Shown here: positions 17,618 through 26,127 of the stretch, one piece after another
Position numbering within the stretch: the stretch's first letter is position 1
Layout: each line of letters starts with the position of its first letter
From: a virus
DNA: 64,000 bases
IMG/VR virus record: IMGVR_UViG_3300038456_000361
Coordinates: 6,960 to 70,959 of that record
Direction: 5' to 3' (one strand)
Position numbers and translations under genes: made by a program
Notes under the pieces: generated by a model
The model's database searches: none
Told to the model about the DNA's origin: nothing
Seen by the model: only the letters and a program-made list of their open reading frames with translations

Positions 17618-18448
17618 ATGACCCTCTTCCAGCGCGTTACGATGACCCTCATGGCCCTCACGGTCCTCAGCCTCCAGGTGGTCACGAACACGGGCTGCGC
17701 GCACGGCCTCGGGGCCGCCACCCCGGACACGAGCATCCCCTCGCCGACGCAGCTCCCGGCCCTGGCTCGCGCGGATGCGACGCCGACGACCCCCTCCTTC
17801 GCCGCCGGGGGCCTGCACAAGCCCGCGGGCGTGAAGCACTTCGTCGTCGAGGTCACCCTCAGGGGCGAAATCAACGACGACGCCGCGAAGTCCATCGCCC
17901 CCATCGTGGAGGCCGTGAACGCGAGCCACCACGACCCCAGCCAGGACCCCGTGGAGGCCGTGGTGTTCATCATCGACACCCCCGGGGGGAGCATGATGGC
18001 GGGGACCGTCATCGCCGAGGAGCTGCAGGGCCTCGAAACGCCACTCGTGTGCGTGGTCGACAGCCACGCCTACAGCATGGGCTTCTTCCTGCTCGAGAAC
18101 GTGTGCCCGGTGCGTCTGGCGACCTCGCGGGCGTCCCTGATGGTGCACGAGCCCCACTTCAGCGGGGACGTCACCCTCAACAACCCCAAGAGGGGCGACT
18201 TCCAATCCATTTCCGAGAGCCTGCGCGTCGAGACCGAGGCGTGGCTGGCGCGCTGCGCCGAGCGCATGGACCTCTCCCTGGCGGAGCTGGCGGCCCGCAT
18301 CAGGGGCCAGGAGTGGTGGCTCACCGCTGACGAGGCCCTGAAGGCGCACGCCGTCGACGGGGTCGTGACGAGCATCGGACGCGATGTGGAGCGCCCGCTC
18401 GAGCGCGACCTGAAACTCCCGAGCGGCATCCCCCTGCAGCTCCCGTAG
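17618..18448 (+). CDS. ClpP-family (S14) peptidase with N-terminal export signal
   Basis: LRGEI, IDTPGGS, AYSMG (catalytic Ser), LMVHEP (His); hydrophobic N-terminus ending TGC; TAATCTA at 17573. Confidence 0.85.
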   Translation: MTLFQRVTMTLMALTVLSLQVVTNTGCAHGLGAATPDTSIPSPTQLPALARADATPTTPSFAAGGLHKPAGVKHFVVEVTLRGEINDDAAKSIAPIVEAVNASHHDPSQDPVEAVVFIIDTPGGSMMAGTVIAEELQGLETPLVCVVDSHAYSMGFFLLENVCPVRLATSRASLMVHEPHFSGDVTLNNPKRGDFQSISESLRVETEAWLARCAERMDLSLAELAARIRGQEWWLTADEALKAHAVDGVVTSIGRDVERPLERDLKLPSGIPLQLP

Positions 18449-18481
18449 GGGGCCACCCCCGTCTGTGGTATAGTATCGACC

Positions 18482-19279
18482 ATGGACACAAACGACAAGG
18501 CCAAGCTCGCCCTCACGGGCGTGGTTCTCACCTCCCTGGTGGGGCTCGCGCTCCTCGCGTCCCACCTCCCCGTGCTCCAGCAGCTGTACATCCAGGTGAG
18601 CGGCTCCCTCCTGGGGCTCCTGGGGCTCCACCACGGGCACGACATCCTCTCCGGGGGCTCAGATGCCCCCCAGGACGTCCCAGACGGTCCCCCAGCCCCT
18701 CAGGCAGCCCCGGCCTCGCCGCTGGGCCTCGCGCTCACAGTCGAGCAACTGCAGGCCATCATGCCCGAGGCACACCCGGCCCTCTGCCAGGCGCACATCG
18801 ATGGCATCAACACCGCCGCGGCCAAGTGGGACATCAACACACCCGCACGCATGTCCATGTTCCTGGGGAACTGTGCCCTGGAGTGCAACCAGCTGCGCGA
18901 GATGGAGGAGCACTGGGTGCCAACCCAGGCCCAGCTGGACTACGAGCCCCCGAAGCACGTCGCCAAGGTGCTCGGCAACACCCAGACCGGGGACGGGGTG
19001 CGCTACAAGGGGCGTGGGGTCATCCAGCTCACGGGTCGTTCAAATTACCACCAAGCCGGGCGAGCCATCGGCCAGGACCTCGAGGGCGCCCCCGAGCAGG
19101 CTGCGACGCCCAGCAACGCCTGGCAGATTGCCGGCTGGTTCTGGAGTGAGCGCGGCCTGAATGCGGTCGCCGACAGCGGCAACTTCCAGGAGACGGTGCT
19201 CAAAATCAATGGCGGCCTCACCGACCTCGCGGCTCGGGAGACCTTCTACGCCAGGGCCAAGAAGGCCCTTGGGGCCTAG
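18482..19279 (+). CDS. GH19-family endolysin with N-terminal membrane anchor
   Basis: LGNTQTGDGVRYKGRGVIQLTGRSNY, AGWFW, KINGG; hydrophobic N-terminus; TGTGGTATAGT at 18464. Confidence 0.9.
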   Translation: MDTNDKAKLALTGVVLTSLVGLALLASHLPVLQQLYIQVSGSLLGLLGLHHGHDILSGGSDAPQDVPDGPPAPQAAPASPLGLALTVEQLQAIMPEAHPALCQAHIDGINTAAAKWDINTPARMSMFLGNCALECNQLREMEEHWVPTQAQLDYEPPKHVAKVLGNTQTGDGVRYKGRGVIQLTGRSNYHQAGRAIGQDLEGAPEQAATPSNAWQIAGWFWSERGLNAVADSGNFQETVLKINGGLTDLAARETFYARAKKALGA

Positions 19280-19632
19280 TGGCCCAGGAGTTTGGGGATG
19301 TGCTCGACGAACTTCAGGAGCACGTCACCAACTACAAGGGCTATGGCCGGCAGGAACACGTACTTGCTCCACTTGTCCTTGCCCTTCTGCGTCTGCTCGA
19401 GGTCGTGAACGCGTAGGGCCACGTCCTGGTCGGCCTCCTCATGCTTGATGAGGGCGTCCTGACGGACGTCGAGTTTCAGGTCTATGCCCTTGACGGTGTC
19501 CCCGATGGCCTCAAGGGTGGCGCCCTGCTTGGCGACGCTGGAGAGCAGCTCCGAGGTCACGTCCTCGACGCGCTGCAGCCTGCCTTCGTGGGACTTCAGG
19601 AGAGCGCCATTCGTCGCAGCTGGGGGTGCCAT
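19276..19632 (-). CDS. Coiled-coil protein with C-terminal TM segment (holin-like)
   Basis: Convergent with the endolysin; late promoter at 19658. Confidence 0.5.
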   Translation of the reverse strand: MAPPAATNGALLKSHEGRLQRVEDVTSELLSSVAKQGATLEAIGDTVKGIDLKLDVRQDALIKHEEADQDVALRVHDLEQTQKGKDKWSKYVFLPAIALVVGDVLLKFVEHIPKLLGH

Positions 19633-19717
19633 GCGGGAACCTCGTCTTTCGCACCCCTAGATTGCCTTCCGCGCGGACTTGTGGTACAGTAAGCCCAGAC
19701 CCACTAGGAGGACCGCT

Positions 19718-20086
19718 ATGCCGACTGAGAAGGAACTCGAAGCCCTGACCAACCCCCTGAAGGTGATGAACGAGCATCTGCCGGAAATCATTGCCGATTC
19801 CCAGAGACGGAGGAAGCAGTTCTTCGCCGACCTGGAGACGTTCACACCCCCGCTCGTGGGCCCCGCCCTCCCCGACGAGCAGCGCGGGTACCAGCGGGGT
19901 TTCGACGACGGCGTCGCCGAGGGTCGAGCCCGCTTCCTGCGGGAGCTGCACGCCAAGCTCGACGCCCTCTACGACCGCCTCGGGGACGCCGGCCAGGCCC
20001 GCTACAACGTGGAGATGGCGGACCTCCTCGAGGACACCTGCGCCCTCGAGGAGAGCGCGGACGGCCAGTCCGAGGTCGGGAAGTGA
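19718..20086 (+). CDS. Hypothetical protein
   Basis: AGGAGG SD after TGTGGTACAGT at 19680. Confidence 0.65.
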   Translation: MPTEKELEALTNPLKVMNEHLPEIIADSQRRRKQFFADLETFTPPLVGPALPDEQRGYQRGFDDGVAEGRARFLRELHAKLDALYDRLGDAGQARYNVEMADLLEDTCALEESADGQSEVGK

Positions 20087-20547
20087 CCACCCACAACCCC
20101 AGGGAGGGCATCTGGAAGCTCAGTGCGCCCCGCTTCGACCCCCGGGGCGTGCTCGGGCGCGAGGTCGCCCCCCGGGACGACTGGCGCAAGACCCTGCTCG
20201 CGGAGATGGGCGTGCAGGGCCGCCTCGAGCCCACCCTCATCCCCGATGGGTGGGAGTTCGTGCTCCGCTGCCTCTTCAAGGAGCTGCTGGACCTGGGGTG
20301 GAACCGCCAGCTCGTCTCCGCCGTGGACATGCACGGGGGGCTCCTGGTGGAGCTGGGCGCGGACCGCTCGCCCGCCATGGAGTTCGCGTGCCGCCGGGCC
20401 CAGAGGTGGAGCTTCAGCACGTGCTCCCGCTGTGGAACCAGTGGGGCGACCCTGAGGCCCCGGGGACGCCGCATGGAGACCACGTGCGCGACCTGCCACG
20501 ACACCCTCATGGAACGGGACGAGAGGAGCGCCCATGGGCTCTACTAG
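20083..20547 (+). CDS. Hypothetical phage protein with C-terminal CxxC..CxxC
   Basis: IPDGW..V; TCSRCG...TCATC. Confidence 0.65.
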   Translation: MTTHNPREGIWKLSAPRFDPRGVLGREVAPRDDWRKTLLAEMGVQGRLEPTLIPDGWEFVLRCLFKELLDLGWNRQLVSAVDMHGGLLVELGADRSPAMEFACRRAQRWSFSTCSRCGTSGATLRPRGRRMETTCATCHDTLMERDERSAHGLY

Positions 20548-20827
20548 TATCCCCCGCAGGGCCGGCAGAGGCCCCTACGCGGCCGCGCTGCGTCACGCCA
20601 CGGCGCCACATCGGTGCTACATCTGCGCCGACCCACGTCGCAGCGCCGGCCTGATGATGACCACGCCGAATTGGGCGATGTTCATCTGCGTGGGCTGCGC
20701 GACCTACCAGGGCTTTATCAAGACCATGGTGTTCATCCCCGCCGACACGCCGCCATCACCGCATGACGCAAAGGCCGAGCAGCACGACGCCGCCGACGAC
20801 CTGGACCTGTTACCCCTGAACGACTGA
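20534..20827 (+). CDS. Hypothetical zinc-finger protein
   Basis: CYIC...CVGC; GAGGAG SD. Confidence 0.5.
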   Translation: MGSTSIPRRAGRGPYAAALRHATAPHRCYICADPRRSAGLMMTTPNWAMFICVGCATYQGFIKTMVFIPADTPPSPHDAKAEQHDAADDLDLLPLND

Positions 20828-20845
20828 GAAAGGAGAAGCACCGTC

Positions 20846-21274
20846 ATGAAGGACATCGTGGAAGCGAGCCTCCCGGAGGCGCAGCGCCGCATCTACCAGG
20901 AGGACAAGAGTGTGGCCCAGCTCATGCGCAGGGCCTGCGCCGAGGACGAGCGCGAGAGCCGGGAGGCCCTGCTCGAGCTGCGCAGCGTCTTCTACGAGAA
21001 GAAGCGGCGCCTCGAGGAGCTGCAGCGGGAGGCCAACGCGGCGAAGGCCCTCGGGGGTGACGCGAAAGCCCACTTCTGGGCGAACGACCCCGGCCGGGAG
21101 CTGGGCCGGCTCACGAACCTCTGCAGGAGCATCGTGGCCCTCTTCAACGACATGGACCTGTCCCTGCACGAGCGCAAGACCGCGGTGCGCGCCGGCGCCG
21201 GGAGCACATCCACCACCAACAACAGCAACAAGCACCTGGGCCGCCACTACACGGGCCTCGGCAAGGAGGAGTAA
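20846..21274 (+). CDS. Hypothetical coiled-coil protein
   Basis: AAGGAG SD. Confidence 0.65.
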   Translation: MKDIVEASLPEAQRRIYQEDKSVAQLMRRACAEDERESREALLELRSVFYEKKRRLEELQREANAAKALGGDAKAHFWANDPGRELGRLTNLCRSIVALFNDMDLSLHERKTAVRAGAGSTSTTNNSNKHLGRHYTGLGKEE

Positions 21275-21278
21275 GACC

Positions 21279-21842
21279 ATGAGCGATACCGTCGACAAGA
21301 CCGAGGCCCCAGAGACCGCTCCTGAAACCCTACCGGCCACCATCGTGGAGGCCGAACTCAGCCCCTTCGGGCGCGACCCGCGGCTCAATCAAATCAGCGC
21401 CGAGGATGCGGCGCTGCTCACGCAAGAACCCCCCAAGACCCCCGAGCCGCAGGAGGAGCCCGACATCTTCTACGGGGCCGTGCGCGTGCTCAACCGCGAC
21501 GGCGTCCCCGACACCCAAGGGGACGTCTTCACGCCCGAGACGGTCATCGAGCTGCCCAACCACGCCGTGAACGTGCACTCGACCTTCGACGACCCACACT
21601 CGCATCCGGAGACGGTCATCGGCTGGGCAACCCTCAGCCTCGACAAGCAGGGCGTCCTGGCGGACCTCTGGCTCTTCAAGAGCGGCGAGGGCCTCACACC
21701 CGCCATCGGGGGCTCCTGCCTGGACCGCAACGCCGACATCATGCGCAAGGTCCGCATCGACTACCTGGTGCTGGCCCCCAGCAGGAACTGCGACCACCGC
21801 ATCGCCCCCCTCGGGGCGCCCCCGACGGAGGACCAGTCGTGA
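21279..21842 (+). CDS. Prohead-protease-fold (HK97/XkdF-like) protein, possibly degenerate
   Basis: PDTQGDVF, VIGWA..D.QG, PAIGG in place of SIGG. Confidence 0.45.
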   Translation: MSDTVDKTEAPETAPETLPATIVEAELSPFGRDPRLNQISAEDAALLTQEPPKTPEPQEEPDIFYGAVRVLNRDGVPDTQGDVFTPETVIELPNHAVNVHSTFDDPHSHPETVIGWATLSLDKQGVLADLWLFKSGEGLTPAIGGSCLDRNADIMRKVRIDYLVLAPSRNCDHRIAPLGAPPTEDQS

Positions 21843-22036
21843 CCTACAAGAAGAAGCTGTTCCTGCTCGTGGTGGCCGTCCTCGCCTTCGACGTGTGGCT
21901 GTGCTCGGGGTGTGAACCGGTGCCTGCGGACATCACCAGGGACGGCGTGATGGTGATGCACATCCCGGACGCGGGCGTGACCTGCTATGTCTACGAAATG
22001 ATGGCCGGCATCTCCTGCCTCAAGGACGCGCCGTGA
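21839..22036 (+). CDS. Small lipoprotein
   Basis: Signal peptide with CSGC; GVTCY...GISCL. Confidence 0.6.
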   Translation: MTYKKKLFLLVVAVLAFDVWLCSGCEPVPADITRDGVMVMHIPDAGVTCYVYEMMAGISCLKDAP

Positions 22037-22251
22037 CCAGAGAGTGCCCGCACAGGTACTCCACGGACTGCTGTACGCAATGCGATTGGGAGCGTGAGAA
22101 GCGCGTTCTTAGGGCCGCGGTGACGTTCATCCGTGACACGGACCTCCCCGCGCCCCGGGGTCTGCAGCGGCACCTCGCCGCCGCCGTGGACGCGTACCTG
22201 AAGAAGCTCATGCCGAGGAAGAGCGCAAAAACGCGACGGCCACCTCGTTGA
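22033..22251 (+). CDS. Hypothetical protein
   Basis: GTGA-coupled ORF. Confidence 0.45.
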   Translation: MTRECPHRYSTDCCTQCDWEREKRVLRAAVTFIRDTDLPAPRGLQRHLAAAVDAYLKKLMPRKSAKTRRPPR

Positions 22252-22265
22252 GGTGGCATCGTCGC
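22227..22265 (-). terminator. Rho-independent terminator after the tail tube gene
   Basis: GCGACG-AT-GCCACCTC-AAC-GAGGTGGC-CGTCGC followed by GTTTTT on the minus strand. Confidence 0.75.
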
Positions 22266-22294
22266 TCGAAACCCTAGATGGCTTCGTGCCGGAT

Positions 22295-22825
22295 TTACGG
22301 CAAAACTGCGCCGTACGCGCTGTTCGCGCCGTTGATTGGCGGCGTCTCGGCCTGTACGGTCGCGGTCTCGTCCTCGACGGGCAGCAGGCCAAGGAAGTTG
22401 AGGTTCATGGTCTCGAGCTGGCGGGCCACGATGGCGGTGTTGTAGCCGGTGGGGCGCACGCTCACGAGGGTGGCGATGGTGTTGCCCGTCTGGCGGTCGA
22501 CCACGGTCATGGTGATGTACTCGTGCAGGAGCAGCTCCTGCAACGTGGGGACGTGACCCTGCACGTGCGGGCCGTTGTAGATGACGCGCCACCCGGAGGC
22601 GCTGATGCTCACGGGCTCGGTGTGCGTGTACCCAATCTCGACCGGCGCGAACGCCCCGAGGATGTACGCGGGCTGCGCCCCCAGGACGACGGCGTAGCTG
22701 AGATTGTCGAAGGTGCCGCAGACGGTCGTGGCAGCCACACCCGAGGGGGTGTTTGCCCCACCCGAGTTCGGGTCCGAGATGGAGACAACGGCGCGTGCGC
22801 CTGTAAATACCTTTGGAGGAGCCAT
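22295..22825 (-). CDS. Tail tube protein
   Basis: 176 aa directly after the sheath; FTGARA, YILG..APVEI. Confidence 0.8.
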   Translation of the reverse strand: MAPPKVFTGARAVVSISDPNSGGANTPSGVAATTVCGTFDNLSYAVVLGAQPAYILGAFAPVEIGYTHTEPVSISASGWRVIYNGPHVQGHVPTLQELLLHEYITMTVVDRQTGNTIATLVSVRPTGYNTAIVARQLETMNLNFLGLLPVEDETATVQAETPPINGANSAYGAVLP

Positions 22826-22844
22826 GGTTTATCTTCGCCTTTCC

Positions 22845-25667
22845 TTACGCGCTTGCAGTCTGCTGAACCTGATTGATTTGGAACACGATGGGCACGAAGT
22901 ACAGGAGCCCCGCCAGGTAGACCGTGAGGTTCACCGTCATGACCGTGCCGCTGATTTTGCAGACAATGCTCCCCGGCTGGTAGCCCTTGGGGGCGCCGTC
23001 CGAGGGGGCGATGAGCTTCAGGGTCAGGAAGTCCGCGAGGATGTTCTGGACCGTGCTGACCGCCTGGGCGGCGCTGATGTCCGCCAAGGACTGTCCCACG
23101 AAGGCGCGCTGCATGCGCATGGCGAGCGTGAGCGCCATCGTGTCGGCGACGTAGATGGCCTGGATGGAGTTGAAGACGAAGTTGCTGTCGCTGCCGTACG
23201 TGGTCTGGTCGCTGACGAAGAACACCCCGCCCGCGTTCAGGTCCCGCTTGGCCGGCAGGAGGCCCGCCTGCAGTGCCGTGGTCTCGTTGTCGTCATTCTG
23301 GTCGTTGTAGTCGGGGATTGCCCCGGCTCCGGCCTGGATGACGCTGCTGCAGTTGATGTACTTGTTGACGATGCCCTTGTACCCGGCAGCGGCCTGCATG
23401 CTGGCCGCGAGGCCCGCGAGCATCCACGGCTGGAAGAGGACGATGGCGTTCGCGCTCGCGCTGATGTTCTGCACGGACTGGAAGGCCATGGAGCAGCGGA
23501 AACTGGCGATGCTGCCCGACGCGCTCTGGTCGTTCACGAAGGTGTCGTTGATGCTCAGGAACGCCTGCCGGCTCTTCTTGCGCTTCGGCTGGCTGCAGAG
23601 GAGCACGTTCGTCTTCGCGTAGGCGTTGATGAGGTCGATGGTGTACGTGCTCGAGGGGTCCGTCTCGCCGATGAGGATGTCCGCGCTGGCATCCTGGCTG
23701 AAGAGGGTGACCGTGAAGTTCCCGACCACGTTCTGGGTCGCGTCGAGAGCGCCCGTCACGTTCGCGTTCGTGGTGAAGCCCCTGGTACCACCCGTGAGGG
23801 ACGACGCCGTTGCCATGACTGCCGGAAGGCCCGCGGTGGGCAGCGTGCCCACAAGGCCGATGAGGGAGCTGGCGGCGATGTCGCGCGTGATGAACCGGTA
23901 GGCGTCAATCTTGATGTTCCCCGTGGGCGCCCCGAAGGTGCTGGCAATCTGGTACGTACCCTCATCCAGGGCCGTGCTCGGGAGGAAGCCCAGGAGGTTC
24001 GTCCCCGCGGACGCCGTGAACCCCAGCTGGGTGTTCAGGAAGGCCGCAATGGAGGCGATGTTCGGGTAGTTCTTGAACGTCAAGGTGAACGTGTGACCAG
24101 GCGCGAGGTTCGGACCGCCCGTGAACGTGAACACCAGGGAGGTGGCGTTGACCACAACCTGAGCCGTGGTGCCGGCATAGCCAAGCGAGAGCCCAATCTC
24201 GCCACCCACGGCCGGAAGGGTCTCCTGGACGTTGGTGACGACGTTGTTGACCAGAAGCTGAATCTGGTTGCCAGAACTGCCCGTCAAGGGAACGCTGTCC
24301 TGGGTGCCCGTGGGGTTCGCCGCGGTCGATACGAATTCGACTGGCGTTGAAGTCCCCAGTTGGAACGCCGTGGTGGTGAAGGAAGCTCCGGTCCCGAGGT
24401 CCGCAATCTCAAGGGTCTGGACCTGACCGTTCAGGGTCCCGCCCGGCAAGTAGACTTCGTTGCCAGTGGTGATGGTGCCGGTACCACCCGAGACGCCCGT
24501 GAAGGTGCTCCCGGTGACACCCGTATACGTGAGGGTCTGGAGACCCGTGCTCGAGGCCACGATGATGGTCCCGGAGGTGGGGAAGCCCGCGGTCGTGGCC
24601 ACATTCAGCGTGGCCTGGGGCAGGGCTGCGCTATTGCTGGCGGCCGCAATTTGCGTGGCCGCGGCCGTGATATTGATGGCGATAGGCGAGTACGCGTTGA
24701 TTTCCGAGGCACCAACGGCGCCGATGGCGGTCGCCACTACCGGGGTCGGGTCTGTAATGGGCGAGAGGCCAGCCCCGGGGGTGTTGGCGACCTTGGTGGC
24801 AGTGATGGTGTTCGAAGTGACGGCCGTGATTACGTACGAGCCCTCATTCGCGGCGGTTCCCGCGGTGACGAGTACAGAGGCCGCAGGAACGACAAGAGTG
24901 TCGCCGACAGCGGGCTGTGTGTCCCAGGCCAGGGCCCCGGGCGGGGTGGTGCGCGTGATGGTCACGCTCAGCCCCGACACGGTCATACTCAAGTCCCCGG
25001 TGGACGCGTTTACCAGGATTCCCCTGTTCACACCGCCCGAGGCGATAGCCCCAGAGCCGGTGAGGTTCGTGTTGAACTCAGCCACGGTCACGGTGGGGGT
25101 GACCGAGACGGCAATGGTGAGGGGAAGCGAGGGGCCTCCATTGACGCGAGCCGCGAGGTCGACAGCGGTCTCCGGGGGAGCGAACGAGAACGTGCCAGTG
25201 GAGGGGGCGTACTGGGGCACCGCTGTTGAAGTCGCAGCCACGACCTGGTAGGTGATGTTGTTCCCACCGGCGCCGCGGAGGAGAGCCCCGAGGGTGGCGT
25301 ACGTGCTGGGGGTGGACGTGAGGAGCAAACCCGTGGCCTGAGCCGAGGGGTTCGTCTTGGCGATGATGAACGCCGTGGGGGAGCCGGGGATGTTCGCGTC
25401 ATTGGCAGGAGCAGACCAAGCCGAAACCGCGTCCACGATGGGTCCGCTCTGGTACTTGGCGATGACGTCGCCGACGCTGTTGGGGCCGAAGCTGTTCGCG
25501 TTGAGGTCCGCTTCGAGGGTGTAGTCGGGGCCCGCGTCTGCCTCGCCGACAATCATGACGATACCGTTGGCGGCAAGCCCCGAGTTCGAGGTCTGCACGT
25601 TGTAGGTCGCCACCGCCTGTGGGATGGTCAACGTACCAAAAGTTGCGGACTGATATTGCTGTGCCAT
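22845..25667 (-). CDS. Contractile tail sheath protein with inserted beta-rich domains
   Basis: IVGEADAGP at the N-terminus; VSDQTTY, AFVG at the C-terminus; late promoter at 25689. Confidence 0.88.
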   Translation of the reverse strand: MAQQYQSATFGTLTIPQAVATYNVQTSNSGLAANGIVMIVGEADAGPDYTLEADLNANSFGPNSVGDVIAKYQSGPIVDAVSAWSAPANDANIPGSPTAFIIAKTNPSAQATGLLLTSTPSTYATLGALLRGAGGNNITYQVVAATSTAVPQYAPSTGTFSFAPPETAVDLAARVNGGPSLPLTIAVSVTPTVTVAEFNTNLTGSGAIASGGVNRGILVNASTGDLSMTVSGLSVTITRTTPPGALAWDTQPAVGDTLVVPAASVLVTAGTAANEGSYVITAVTSNTITATKVANTPGAGLSPITDPTPVVATAIGAVGASEINAYSPIAINITAAATQIAAASNSAALPQATLNVATTAGFPTSGTIIVASSTGLQTLTYTGVTGSTFTGVSGGTGTITTGNEVYLPGGTLNGQVQTLEIADLGTGASFTTTAFQLGTSTPVEFVSTAANPTGTQDSVPLTGSSGNQIQLLVNNVVTNVQETLPAVGGEIGLSLGYAGTTAQVVVNATSLVFTFTGGPNLAPGHTFTLTFKNYPNIASIAAFLNTQLGFTASAGTNLLGFLPSTALDEGTYQIASTFGAPTGNIKIDAYRFITRDIAASSLIGLVGTLPTAGLPAVMATASSLTGGTRGFTTNANVTGALDATQNVVGNFTVTLFSQDASADILIGETDPSSTYTIDLINAYAKTNVLLCSQPKRKKSRQAFLSINDTFVNDQSASGSIASFRCSMAFQSVQNISASANAIVLFQPWMLAGLAASMQAAAGYKGIVNKYINCSSVIQAGAGAIPDYNDQNDDNETTALQAGLLPAKRDLNAGGVFFVSDQTTYGSDSNFVFNSIQAIYVADTMALTLAMRMQRAFVGQSLADISAAQAVSTVQNILADFLTLKLIAPSDGAPKGYQPGSIVCKISGTVMTVNLTVYLAGLLYFVPIVFQINQVQQTASA

Positions 25668-25702
25668 GGTCTCTCCTCTAGCGTTCTATAGATTGCGAGC
25701 GC

Positions 25703-26125
25703 CTAGTAGACATTCTGGTGAACTTCGAGGTACTGGGCGGCGTTATGGATGACGGAGTGTCTATCCTGCAAGAGACCGATGGCTACGTTGCACTGCCTAC
25801 AGAGAAGGCCTCTCATAACCCCCGTCTCATGGTCATGGTCTATAAACAGGCCAATGGGGCCTCCTGTCCTAGAACAGATGGCACATCGCCCGGCTTGGGC
25901 ACAAAGAATGGCGTCCCACGCTTCTCTCGTCATACCGTAATCGCGAGCCAGTCTATTGTCCCAAATGCGACGTCCATCGGTCTGTCGACGCTTCGTCTCT
26001 CGAGCCCGAACCTCATCCAGGTGTCTATCTCGATGTCGCTTGCTCGATGCACGCCGCTTCTCTGGGTTTGCCTTCGACCAAGCGGCTTGATTAGCGGCCT
26101 GACGCGCTGGGTCCTTGTAGGGCAT
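25703..26125 (-). CDS. Endonuclease VII-like homing endonuclease
   Basis: YGMT...QAGRCAIC...IDHDHETGVMRGLLCRQCNVAIG. Confidence 0.9.
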   Translation of the reverse strand: MPYKDPARQAANQAAWSKANPEKRRASSKRHRDRHLDEVRARETKRRQTDGRRIWDNRLARDYGMTREAWDAILCAQAGRCAICSRTGGPIGLFIDHDHETGVMRGLLCRQCNVAIGLLQDRHSVIHNAAQYLEVHQNVY

Positions 26126-26127
26126 GG

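Noticed and set aside
1-25667. Bacterial tailocin, eCIS or T6SS locus instead of a phage
   Set aside because: Neck/head-adaptor genes, thyX, dNMP kinase, helicase, homing endonucleases and dense small ORFs indicate a phage; no integrase or host housekeeping boundary was seen.
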